A DNA stretch of 64,000 nt from Trichoplax adhaerens (Eukaryota > Animalia > Placozoa): NCBI RefSeq assembly GCF_000150275.1, contig NW_002060956.1:1827353-1891352 (forward strand). Direction: 5' to 3'. Below are positions 1 through 12,060 of this stretch, piece by piece. Each line of letters begins with the position of its first letter. Within the stretch, counting starts at the first letter, position 1. The notes under the pieces were generated by a model. It did not search any database, was not told the DNA's origin, and was given only the letters and a program-made list of their open reading frames with translations. A program made the position numbers and the translations under genes.

Positions 1-485
1 GTGATACAGGACGACGAAAGCTTAACCATACCAGATTTATGGGTAAGAGTTAATTTAAATTGTGTCTCGAAACAATAGTAGGAAATGAGGTAATGCTATA
101 CATTATTGATTTCATCTTTATATTGCTTTACGAATATTGCACATATAAAGTTATTGAATCTATCATGGATGTATCTGCTAATCCAATCTCTCATTTCTCA
201 ATTACGCGTATAACGACTTTATTACGAACAAGTTGGAAAAATCGTCAAGACAATCCTCAGATTAAGTTAATAGCTGCTATATTCAATTACATTAAACTGA
301 GCAAGGTCCACTATATTGACGTTTCAGCACGTAAATTTTTACGTATACCGGCAAAGCCCAAAATGTTACGAGTAGAACATGGTGTTAAATTTGAAATGCA
401 AAGATACTATACTATTAAGCGTAAAAATCCAGTATTTGCACGACATGCTGGGACAATTGTAAGAATTCGAGCTTATGCATTGTAG
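1..485 (+). CDS. Probable last two coding exons of an unidentified gene entering from the left edge (exon ..42, intron 43-327, exon 328-485)
   Basis: Donor GTAAG at 43 and acceptor TTTCAG ending at 327 join in phase 1 to give ...DTGRRKLNHTRFM-A-RKFLRIPAKPKMLRVEHGVKFEMQRYYTIKRKNPVFARHAGTIVRIRAYAL*. I do not recognise the family. Confidence 0.35.
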
Positions 486-902
486 CACCTAGTAAAATTG
501 AAATCATGCTGTCATTAAATCAATCAAAACGAAATAGCTATTGATTTTGCACTTGATGGATTATCTTTCTATCCACAGTAGTCATCAATCTGACAGCTTA
601 TTTTACAGGACTTTGATAAATGATGAAATCCACTAATTTGAGCTGATTAGTGTACGTATGGCGTATTAACTCAATCAATGCGAATAAAATGATCAACGAA
701 TTTGAACTCGATAGACAATTTAGTTATCAATAGTACTGTACATTTAACGTTCCTTGTTGACTTTTGATTGCATCGATAATAAATAATAAGATCATGTAAT
801 TTTATTGTTCTATATCCCTATATACTGTGCGTCCAGATTGATAAAAGATGCAGGCAATTAACATTTTAAATTTTTGAACTTTACTGTTTATTTTTCTTAT
901 AA

Positions 903-1180
903 CTACATTGGTGACAAGTGATGAGATGAAATAATTTTGATTCATTTCTATGATTAATGGTTTGAACTCGATAACCAATCTAATTTTTTTGCACCTTTTA
1001 CCGATTAATTTTCCTGTAACTACAGTGCTGATGAATGATAAGATCAAATACAATATTAATTCATTTCTATGATTAACGATTTGAATTCGACAGGCTATCT
1101 ATAAATTAAAACCTTTACAGCTTATTTTACTTAGCTACATTGGTAACAACTGATGAGATCAAATCAATTTTAATTCACTT
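903..1180. repeat. Degenerate tandem repeat, ~116-bp unit, ~2.5 copies
   Basis: CTACA(T/G)TG..GA....TGAT(G/A)AGAT(G/C)AAAT starts at 903, 1020 and 1135. Its TTTGAA(C/T)TCGA core also recurs near 700, 1414 and 1497. Confidence 0.7.
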
Positions 1181-1703
1181 TTACGTGTATTCGTAAGAAT
1201 CCTACTTTGAATCAATAACGACACAACTACCGTCGATTTCAGGCTTGATAGACTACAGTACTTATCATGATATATCATCAATACGCGTATTATTAGCGTA
1301 TTTTTTACTAGGTATTGATTGCATAAGCGATCAATGTGCAAGAACCACTAATTTTAATAGTGTGCTCCATATCTATTGGACCTTAAAGCAATGCAGATAA
1401 AACGGCTCATGAATTTGAACTCGAAAGATTACATATTTACGTACGACATTTGATGGAAATTAATAATAGCTGTTTGTCTTGAGCGATCCCATCATATTTG
1501 AACTCATAGTCAAGAATGAAACTAGGACTAATGATGTTGAATTTGATCGACAATTTAGCTATACATTCGAGCAGCATTTTTAGTAGACTTTGATTAACGA
1601 ATTTAAATTTAACGCAGTACTAAAACCCTTAAAATAGATTCGATTTGCAAGATAGATCAAGATATTGCGCAGGTGTCGATGGTAAACGAAAACAATTCGT
1701 ATG

Positions 1704-1784
1704 GTAGAATCAATACAATCCGAATCAACAAAATAAGCTGTCAATTCCTGCCTATTTTGTTGATTCGGATTGTATTGATTCTAC
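1704..1784. repeat. Perfect 32-bp inverted repeat with 17-nt loop (81-nt hairpin)
   Basis: GTAGAATCAATACAATCCGAATCAACAAAATA (1704-1735) is the exact reverse complement of 1753-1784. Confidence 0.95.
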
Positions 1785-4078
1785 ATATTTTCATCAGCTA
1801 CTAGTACCACGTATTTGACTGACTTTTGAAAAATTTCAATTTTCTAACGCCCTTGGAATCAGGATATAATGTTCATTTTTCTTCCGTCCCGTGTCAATTT
1901 TATCACTGTTGTTAGGACTACGTATAGAGAAATGGAGTTGTAAGCGTCGATAAAATTTGTGTACAATTGGAGGGTTTACCGAACTGAAGAATTCCCCGTA
2001 GATTACCTTTTCTACGGCTAACAACTACAGAACTGTAGATTCTGATACAACTAGCTAGTTCTGTAATAGGTACTGTATGTTTATTGGACAGCTGGTTGTT
2101 TGGATTCGTGTCAATGATAAATGATATCAGAATTCCTATCACGTTCTCAAAAGTGAATTCATCATTTCCTATGGTACAGTAGTATGATACAGTATACTAA
2201 ATGCCATCCAAGTTTTTGACTGAAGTACCCGTAGTTGGCCTTTATTATAGTTAGTAACCACAGGATTAGACTATTATCCCGACCTCAAAAGCAAATCCTT
2301 CTTTTACTATAATAGTATGATACTAATTAATTAGAATGCTATTCAAGCATTTCCACAGTTGCTAAAAACGGAACCGACAAAACAAATGCGAAATCGATAG
2401 TCAATGTGGTCGATATTTTGATTCTACCTTTCAGTTTCTGCTTCAATATAGGATAGTAACTAATAAATGAGTAGCCATTTTGGATTAACTGACGGTCGAC
2501 ACGACCATCAAATTTATGTTGTTATAATTAAAACAGAATACATCGAGCTTCTGTTTGTAACGCTATCATCAAAGGTCTCGATCGGCTGGGAGTCTAAATT
2601 TTGTTGAACTGTTATTAATTATATATTGGAATTATCATTGTATTAAAAGTAGTTAAGGGAAGAGTTTTATTTTTCTACCATGGTCACGACATGAGTAGTC
2701 AATTTTACTTGGTTACAAACTATCTACTAACCCTCCCAGTTGATGATAGTAAGTAAATGAATCAAGGTTGCTGATGATAGCAGTAGAATAACACCGAGTC
2801 AATAATTATTAATTAAAAAAATACATACACGTCTATACTATCTATCTACGAGAATAATAGACTAGACAACAAGAAATATTAATCAATTATTCGGCTCGGG
2901 ATTTCATCAGGGTGGTATGGAAAAATTCGATGAAAGCTGATAGAGTACAGATGGTCTCTATCCCATCAACTTGTTCAATTCCTTTTAACAATCTACAGTA
3001 CTCTTCTTTCGTGTGATAGGATAATATCATGATTGGACTGGTACGATGTAGGTAATGATGTGGTAATGGCGATAAACTGTCATATCACGTACACTGAGTA
3101 ACCGATATCCACGGTGCGGGAAAAGTTGTGGACAAGGTCGTGCGAGAAAAAATACTCGTACTGTAGCATCAGCATGGAAATTAGTCGAGATTAACACGAA
3201 GAGAAAGAAGGCATAGGCATGTAATGAAGGGCAAAAGGATAGACAGATTAATTTGGCAGCAGTAAAGATCTCATCATCCATATTTATTTCCAATTGCTCC
3301 ATGTCTACCTACAGTAAGTCATACTACTGTCTAGTGACTGTATACGGTATGTTGGGAACATGTTTTCTTCTGCCAGCACAGAATGTTACCGTCAAAAGTG
3401 ACGAGAGAGAGAGAGAGAGTTGACGACGGCATATCGTATCTAATTACTACATACAGTAGTACATACAGTAGTCCAAAAGGGTTTCTCAAAGCAGGAATGA
3501 CTCAAGCAACAATTTTCCCTCACCTTACCGAAAATTCTAGTTTTCAAGGTAAGGGCGTTGCATATCAATTGACGATCATGAACGATCAATAATCGCAATG
3601 ACTATACAGTATACAGTATATCGATTTCTAATTCATTTCATACATTCCTATCCATACACAATCAATCAAAATAAAACGCCTATCCCAAACGGATAGAATC
3701 AAATTATACTACTGAACTTATTGGAGTCATTCTTACATATCCTGGAATATAGAATATCGCCGTACCGATGAGAGTTGTTGTGAAATTAAATTTCGATTGT
3801 CAAGCGACGTAAATTTTTCGCTGATAAAAAAGCCCAAATTAACCAAAGGTGCTGGAAGACTTGTCGTACGGTATGGCTGCTAATGCAAAGTACTGTACAG
3901 TACTGTACAGTCGAGAAAAGTCCTTCATCAGTGTTGACTACGGAAAATCGATGACGTAAATAAAACAATAGACCTTCGGTGTACAGTACCGTAGGTATAG
4001 TACTAGTTCAAGTGTTGATATAAAGAATAGTACTGTATTATGGTTAACATACATTACAGTCGATAGGCCACTCTTGCA

Positions 4079-4355
4079 GGGGCGTGGCTACCGTGTAGTG
4101 TTATTCAATGGTGAAGAAATGGACTTTCAATTTGGCTAGAATTCCATGCAGATACATCTGTACAACCTTGAGCCATTGGCTCTTGATATGTTGATTCCTT
4201 TTTATCGCAGTATTACCTTGAGCCATTGGCTCTTGATAGGCTGATTCCATTTGATCGCAGTATTGAATAATTCTATTTCTACTTTCTAATACAAACTATC
4301 AGGCGCTTTTCGATGTATGGTCGCCCTGGGCAACCATTTTCTACAAGTCACGTGG
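4079..4355. promoter_or_regulatory. Proximal promoter of BLOC1S6: GC box, duplicated CCAAT-containing 50-mer, X-box, E-box/CLEAR-like site
   Basis: GGGGCGTGGC at 4079-4088. A 50-bp tandem duplication (4165-4214, 4215-4264) carries GAGCCATTGGCTC in each copy. GTCGCC-CTG-GGCAAC at 4320-4334 matches the RFX X-box consensus. GTCACGTG at 4347-4354. All lie 200-480 bp upstream of the ATG. Confidence 0.55.
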
Positions 4356-4557
4356 TAATACCGGTCGACAAGTCCTTGGAGTACACTCAGACACTGTACA
4401 GTACCCATCGACCCAGAGAGCTCAAAGGAAAACAACCTGGTCACAGCTAGCCTGGAGTCTATAAATCACCATACTGAATCAGTTGTATTCAGTACTTAAA
4501 ACTGACACAAAACCGATAGCAGTCTTTAGCACTCTGGCACTGATCGAGCGGCAGCAA

Positions 4558-6275
4558 ATGCATTTACCGATGGAAGAAGGAAGAGAGAAAAGCTCGACGC
4601 AACAGGATTCTGAAATAACTGCCCAAGATGAGAGGATCGATCCAAATGCGACCATCCTAAGCCATTCTGTTTTATCTCTACTTGTACCAAAGGTTGAATA
4701 TGTTCAGGGCAGCGTCAAAGAAATTACGTAAGTGAAATGATGTCATTTTGCTTGGAAAGTGATCGATGAGTCACAGCGTGTTGGTTAGCTACTGCAAACT
4801 TTTGTCACTTTTTGCTAGATGCTGATTTTCATTTGTAGAGTATCATTGCCACTTTTATGACTTTCAACCTTCAATAGTATTGTAACAAATATTACCCTAG
4901 CCTTTGACAGTAGAAATTCAATCTATACCACATGGATAAACTCTCCAAATGGCTGAAATGACAGAGGACCATTTTACCAGCAGTTTCAATTGTACCACAA
5001 CTTAACGAGCAAAAGTACCCCCTTTACTTGCTCTTACTTTATCAAGTACTCTACTCGTAGAAGTGTTATGAGGATTGATTGATTGTAATTTCCCGCTCAA
5101 AACATTCTTGAAATTAGATGGTTGTGCTTGAATGGACCTTCCATTCTTGCGATCGCTTTAAAGTTACCCGTTAGACACAACATAAACTTGTCATAAATAA
5201 TAGTGCCCCGCTACAAGCACTACCAGCTACTTGAATGAATGTAAGGTCTCTTCCTCATTATGGTACGTGCTAGGGGACTCGTCAACGAACAGAATAGGCA
5301 TAACTAAGTTGAATTCAGTATCTAAACAACATTCTAGCGGACTATTATAATAAGAAAACGAATCTTGCCTAATAGAAATCATCCTATCGACATTGTTTGC
5401 CCTTAATCCTCAATTTGCTAGTCTTGTAGTGAATACGGACTGTAAGTTGCAGCGCAAGTGATCATGGGAAGGAAATGTCATGACACAAATGAATTGATCC
5501 CTAAAATCAACATTTCTACTTTATAAGATACCCCTGACATACTGTGCAACTAGATATTATTAACGTTTACCATGTGGCTTTGCTAAGAAATCAACAAAAG
5601 TGTTGTATTCATTTTTCAGTAAAACACAGAACGTCCTTGCCAAATCAGTCGAGCAAGAAAATGAAAAGTTTCGGCAAATTGGCTACATTCATGACTTATC
5701 AAATACTGTAAGATATGCAATCATCTCAAATTGCAATGTTGTTATCATTGATGGATTAATGGAAGGCATTTAGAGACTCGATAATACTGTTTTAATGATA
5801 CTCATTTTGATACTTTGAGTGAGCTTTAGATGATTTGTTCATTTTCATGTGATATATTATCGATATCATTGGTATGTTAATGTCATTATAATTATAGTTT
5901 ATTAGGTGCAGACGTTGCAGATTTAAGCTAGTCAATATCAGGAGAGAAATGTTGAATCTGAGCGATAGAATGAATAAATTAAAGGTAGGCAATCGTCGTG
6001 ATTTATCACGCCAATCGTTTGTGCTCTTGATAATATAATGATACACTTACTACAATTCATTATCGATTACTCTTTGCTGTTACGTTTGCGGGTACTTATT
6101 CGTATGTTGCTTGTTTGTGCTGCTGTCACTTGCAACCATGCAGAAACGTGCTGCAAGACTAAAGTCTATCCGCGAAAAGCAGCAGTTAAAGCAAGCCCAA
6201 GAAGAAGCCGAAAGACAAGCCTATCAAGCTAGCTTACTTGCTAAACCCGCCAAGCATTTAACAAATCAAAACTGA
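4558..6275 (+). CDS. BLOC1S6: BLOC-1 complex subunit 6 (pallidin), 4 exons: 4558-4727, 5620-5707, 5898-5984, 6144-6275; ~158 aa (154 if the ATG at 4570 is used)
   Basis: GT-AG introns with consistent phases. The spliced product ...LSHSVLSLLVPKVEYVQGSVKEITKTQNVLAKSVEQENEKF...KLVNIRREMLNLSDRMNKLKKRAARLKSIREKQQLKQAQEEAERQAYQASLLAKPAK matches the pallidin signature ELTQNQ..L...EQE..KF / KLVNIRKEM......KLKKRA.KL / QLTARPAK as I recall it. Confidence 0.92.
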
Positions 6276-6671
6276 AAAGATGATAAAAAGACTAAGACTA
6301 AGTTCATGCAATGAAATACTTGATTTTTTTCACGTATATAAGATAGCCATCACTGTACATTGTTTTTATATCCATGATATGAAGGATAACCGTACTTCGA
6401 TTAATTATTAGCTATTGGTTATCGTTTTCGGATCTAGATAATTTTCAACAGTATCCTATCACGATATCATGGATTAGGATACTACGTTTAATAATTGCCA
6501 AACCATCTAAAAATTGATTGCAAATATACAGTGTTTTGCGAGGAATTGATAGTGTGGTTGTGCAATGGTGAAACAGCATGGTCATAAAAATAGATGAATA
6601 CTCTTAGAAGCACATTCATTTTGGTGCTATGCAGTATCATAGTGTTATCTGAAAAACTTTATTTCAAATTT

Positions 6672-9600
6672 TTATATTATTTTCATGCCAACAATGGCCA
6701 GATTTCTAGGTGAAATGTATTCCTCAAACAAAGGTATGATTCCACAATCTATGTTAAGCTCATTAAGGTACAAACAGCGGTCGATTGTTACGATACTTTC
6801 TAATAACGGCTGAAATAACACTTGTAATGCCTATGGGATAATATAAATTGAAACAAACTAGAATATCGTAATCACTAAAATGTATGTAGAATTTTCTTTT
6901 GAAGAGAAAATCTTACCGTTATGGCTTCTGCATATGGTATTACCAGCTCGTGCTCCTTGTACTTTTGCATGCATGTAGCGAAGCATTTCTCATAATTTTC
7001 ATCAGTGACTGCTATGGCAGTAAATTATTTATTAATGCTGACATCAGTCTATCATATCCAGCACAACATTGTAGTTTGCAATCAACACAGATTTTAATAT
7101 CATTAAAATTAGAGTGCTTTCTAAGTGATTATGCGTGCTAAAGTAGCATCAGGTAACCACTAATTTAAGTGACTCATTGAGCTAACACAAAAATTACGGT
7201 ACTAAAGCAAGGTGACAGTTAGGGGTTGCAGAGGTTCGGTTACAGTAACAGATATGCTTAGAGGTAACAACGTATACAGTATGCGAGGATATAGAATCTT
7301 AATCATTCTATTTTACCTTGGATGCGGTTAAGATAGATTTTAGTGTAATCTTCGAAGGTCATCGCTGCAGATACTTTAATACGAACACGACCTTGATTTG
7401 TTTCACGAATCTCTTTAAAATCATTTAAAGGCAAAGTATACTTTACACGCAAAAACTTTATGAGTACGGATATAAACGATAGAAAGATTGGCTCAGCTAC
7501 CTCTAGGCAGTGCTTCATTTACAATTGAACGATATGCAACATTTTTTGTATGGAGTACATGCTGAGCTAGGCTCATTTTTTCCCATCTATAAAGTTAAGT
7601 TCGCCATATACAACCTGATTAAACACTATCTGCTTTATCATTCGACCTGGATTGATATACAACACCGTATTGTAATACATAATGTAAAAAGCAAATTCTA
7701 ACCTCTTTCTGGTCTCTTGTGCAGCTAAGCGCATTGCGTAAATCCCCATTTGCCAGTCGTGGTACTTTTTGCTCATCTGTGACAATATATCCTGTATAAC
7801 ACAACACAATGAACTTCAGCAATGTTACTTTCAATTTAAGACTATTATTGATTATACGGGTATAGTATATGTCAATACTACGTAGAAGAGGCTTTGGTTG
7901 TGTTGAACTTAAAAAGTTATTACGATACACCTACATTTAGATGAAAGCTCATCGGAAAATTTTTGAAGCAGCTATTTGCCTTAGTATCTGAAAGTCCAGT
8001 GCATGGTTTTGATGAGATTATGAAATAATTATTTAATATTGAAACAAAATTACCTTGCCGCTCAGGCAGCGGGGTAGTCATGCCGTGATAACAGCAACCT
8101 ACACAGACAAGAAGAGCAGAAAATGGGCAGTGTTCTCCAACGTAGTGCAAGATGTTAGGAGTTAAATCATTACAGCAATGTAAACCAGCGAAACAAATTG
8201 GTATAGTTAAATTTTCCTGATTTTGATTCGGGAAACTAGCTACAGCTTGACAGTTGCCGTCTCTGGCGCTTTTCTTATTCACACCAATTGGATAATACAA
8301 TCCTTTGCTGTTGTTAGTATGGTTAATCGATAAATCTTCAACTAATCGTGTTAATTCTTGATAACTTTGAGTATCACCGCTTATTCTTAACGTAATACTG
8401 TTTATATCTTGTGGTCTAGACCCATCCCAAGTTGATAATGAGGCATTCCTTTTAGAAATTACTTTAACATTACGAGTAATAGCACTTTCGGATCTTTGCG
8501 AATTTGAATCAAGTCCAACAATTTTCATTTTGTAAAGGCTATTAAGAACCTGGCCCAGATAACCCTAAAGATGAAGATACGTATCTTAATCTAATATGAT
8601 TCATAGAGTAGCTGAACAGTAGGAGTATTTCGTTTAATCTGCTTAATTTCAGCATTTCCTAACAAAAACTGATGTAGTATGACCTGTATTGAAAGCTACC
8701 ATACAAAAACTAAATGAATTAAGCTGAATTACCAGACCGGAACCAATGTCGACAACAGTCTCACAGCCATAGTTTTCGCACATTTTCGCAATGAAGGACG
8801 CCATTGATTCAACCTATTTGTGTATGTTGCGGGAATATATTACAATGAAGAGGACAACATGAGGATCAGGCAGAATCATTATTTTAAGTATAAAGTTATG
8901 TAATCGGCTAAAAGGATAATGTAAGAGTTGTCTATTAAAATCGATTAACCTCATGACGCTTTTTTGGGATCATTCCTAAGCCAATATCATCTTGAATCTC
9001 GGCCTTATCAATATTCTGATTTGGCTCTCGAGGCATAGCTAACGCAGCTACTTGAGTAATAAAATTCTGTAAAGATTTGGGCCAGAATTCCTAAGGATAT
9101 ATGTACAGATTGTGATTACTAAGAAAGGGTATTAGGTGCAGAAACAGTAGTAATATAGCAGATAAGGCTACTGGGTATTGTATTTTGCAGCATAATAAGC
9201 TCACTATTCTCATTCGAGCAAATCGCTTGAGTAGAATAACATCATTTCTATAGTACATGGATTAAGCAGCAGATGATAGTCTATAAAAAACCTGAAAGTA
9301 ATCTTTCACTAGATTATAGACTTTGGTTTACATTATGCTCTGACATTACCTTTACTCTTCCTTGAGGAATATACTTTAGATCTTCATAAGAAAGCTGTAA
9401 TAGAGGTTGCTGCCACTAAAGATGCAAAATATTTTGATGACATATTAAAAATTTCGAATTCATTCATTAAGCAGAGCAATGTTTAAATTCAAATCAGCAG
9501 TACTAGGAAGGTAATTGTACTTGTTATCATGATAATTAATTTAATCGTCTACATTTAATACTGTATTGATAGGAAAATCCATCTCTACTAATTACAATAT

Positions 9601-10005
9601 ACTGTACTACAGTTGTTGTAGAGCAAAATCGCTTGATTTCAACTCGAGCCTAAAGCAGTAGGTGATACGAGTACAAAACCTATCCGCGGTTCCTGCAGTA
9701 TCACTCGATGAAATATCGCCTTATCTTAGACATATAGTGAAAATTACTCGTATTCTACCTTTAATTTAATGGTGCCTTGTAAAGCACCCAACACTCACTT
9801 CTTCAGGTATTTTTTCCCATATTCTCTCTTTAAAAAAGTCAACAACCTTAAAATTGTAAATCCATTCAAATTGAGCTACTATATCCACCACATCTTGCAA
9901 GTATTGTAGATGTCCATCTTTCCAGTGATCATATGGAGAAGGTAAATTATAAGGATTGGATATTTTCTTTAGATTAAGCATTCCAGTAAGGTTCATCGAT
10001 CGCAT
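6672..10005 (-). CDS. METTL25: METTL25-family SAM-dependent methyltransferase, 11 exons: 10005-9799, 9415-9350, 9090-8950, 8813-8733, 8564-8054, 7987-7935, 7791-7703, 7586-7501, 7412-7317, 7011-6917, 6830-6672; ~527 aa
   Basis: All introns are GT-AG and phase-consistent. Motifs GMIPKKRHEV, VVDIGSGLGYLG (SAM motif I), GLHCCNDLTP, VGCCYH, FPMS, AYRSIV, QPLLESIVTIDRCLYL and LFEEYISPRNLAI are characteristic of METTL25/METTL25B (RRNAD1). Family assignment is firm but the paralogue is less certain. Confidence 0.88.
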
Positions 10006-10339
10006 TCATTACTCATGTATGACCTTTGTCAGAGACCACATCGCACACCCTTCAATAATCACATGATTATAGAAAGTCTTGAGTTGTTCAACTGGTGCAA
10101 ATAAAGATCTACTTACGCAACGAAAAGCTTATGTCATGATAGCAGTACTTACGCTACGAAAAGCTCATAGTCGTGATAGCAGTATTAAGCTGTGCCTTAA
10201 CTTATTTTGGTCATGGAGGCCAAAGCAAAAGCTTTCTTTGACCTCAATGGATTGGACTACAATTTATATAAACGTATACTGTATGTGTCTACTACTCCGT
10301 TGAGTATACAACTGCGACTGCGCAATGCTAAGCCTCCTA

Positions 10340-10382
10340 ATTGGACCAGTACTGTAACCATTCTGTATTTCATGGGCGGGGC
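10340..10382 (-). promoter_or_regulatory. CCAAT box and GC box upstream of METTL25
   Basis: ATTGG at 10340-10344 and GGGCGGGGC at 10374-10382, in otherwise AT-rich DNA ~340-380 bp upstream of the start codon. Confidence 0.45.
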
Positions 10383-11413
10383 GAGCTCTCTATACTGTAC
10401 ACTGTACATATGTACATGTAATAGTACTAGTTAAAAGCACTTACGCAATACTGTGGTGTAGCCCCTTACAGGAACACTCCTCAGATCATAAGAATTATAA
10501 TGGCATCCAAAAATATATCTACAGTATTAGGGATAAGGGAAATTATGTGCGCATATAAAAGCTTATAGTGTACTGATGTCGGCTTTTCTTTTCCCGTCAC
10601 CTGGAGCACCGTAAAAGGGATTTTATATAAATAAATTAGAGAATTATAGAATTATCTTAACCTATACAGTACTGTATAGTATACACCCGTATATACTCGT
10701 ATTACCGTGACTTTTCCTACAAAATACTTCTCTTATCCCTTTAGATAAAATATCGTTATCTATGACGTTATACATACTTTATATACAGTAGATAACTACA
10801 TAGTTTTATAATATTATTACATACTTACGTAGATTTTCTATAAATTGAGCGACTTTTTAATAAAATTTGGGTTCAGCTTTGTCTAATAAGAGAGACTAGT
10901 ATTGTGTTACTGTTCCTCCTGACGATAGAAGATCGTCAGTATTTTGAGTCGGACTGTAGGTAAATATCACGGAGGACAAACCCAACAGTAGACTCATCGT
11001 GTAATTTCTATTATAGTTTTAACTTTTCCTCTTTACAAATTTCTATTTGTAACAATTATTAATAGCACTTACTTTAAATTTGGCTAAAATTTCACGTTAG
11101 CAGGTCCTGACAAACCTTGAGCAATTGGTACTTGATATTTTTCTTGAACTTGTACTGGAGTATTGAGTTATTTGATCTTTTTTCAATTTTTTGATATAAA
11201 CCATCAGTCACTGCCGCTTGTGCGGTCGGTTCAAACAGTATACAAATTATGCCGTGGCCTATTCCTTTATTGAATACTGATTTCAATTTTGAGGAAGCGC
11301 AAGTTTCTCAGGATGAGTGCCGATATTATTATGGCTAGAGCATTAAATAGGATTCACAATCTGAGTAGTCCCACGATAGTTTGCTAGTAGGCTAGATCGT
11401 AAGATTATGCAAC

Positions 11414-12060
11414 TATCTATTGCCACTAGAGAGATATATTAGATATTGATAGTCCTCGGTATAAGAAATGATTGCTCGTGCGTACTGCTATAGCAAATGC
11501 AAAGCTGAACAAGAACCAAATATCCTGTCAAATATAGTTTTCGAAACAATTATTAGAGTGTGCAATGTGCATGTATCTATTGCCACTAGAGAGATACAAT
11601 AGATACTAATAGTCTTTAGTAGAAGAAATAATTACCCGTACGTACTTCCATAATAAATGCAAAGTTGAACAAGAACCAAAAATCTTTGTCCTTTTGTGCT
11701 TTTTTGAGATAATCATCAGATTGTAAAAATATCTATTGTCGTTGGAGAAATGCAATAATACTAATAGTTCTTGGTTGAAAAATGATTACTCATACGTACT
11801 GCAAGAATAAATGGAATAATGAACAAGAAATGCAATTCTTGTCTATTTTGTATTTTTCGAGACATTCTTTAAGATGTACGTGTATAATCTAGATCAAATA
11901 GGATGAATAATTGTCTATTGTCACTTGAGAAATGCAGTCGCTATTGATAGTCCTTAATAGACGAAGTGTAAACATGCTCGCATGCACTGCAATATTATAA
12001 TTAATGCAAAGTTGAACAAGAAGCAAAAGTCTTGTCGATCTATTTTTTGATGCACTTACA
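11414..12060. repeat. Degenerate tandem repeat, ~160-180-bp unit, 4 copies plus a fragment
   Basis: T(A/G)TCTATTG.C...(A/G)GAGA starts at 11414, 11574, 11730 and 11912. Each unit contains ATAGT.CT and a TGAACAAGAA core. Confidence 0.85.

Noticed and set aside
1836-2142. Two overlapping short minus-strand ORFs
   Set aside because: Non-ATG starts, no recognisable motif, and no consistent splice model.
3403-3418. (GA)8 microsatellite
   Set aside because: Ordinary simple repeat.
6038-6232. ORF-track 64-aa ORF with signal-peptide-like start and basic residues
   Set aside because: It overlaps BLOC1S6 intron 3 and exon 4 in a different frame. The pallidin frame explains the sequence.
6899-7930. 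Several short ORFs on both strands
   Set aside because: They are antisense shadows or intron read-through of METTL25 exons.
11414-12060. Repeat array as a CRISPR-like locus
   Set aside because: Eukaryotic context, long degenerate units without unique spacers, and no cas genes.
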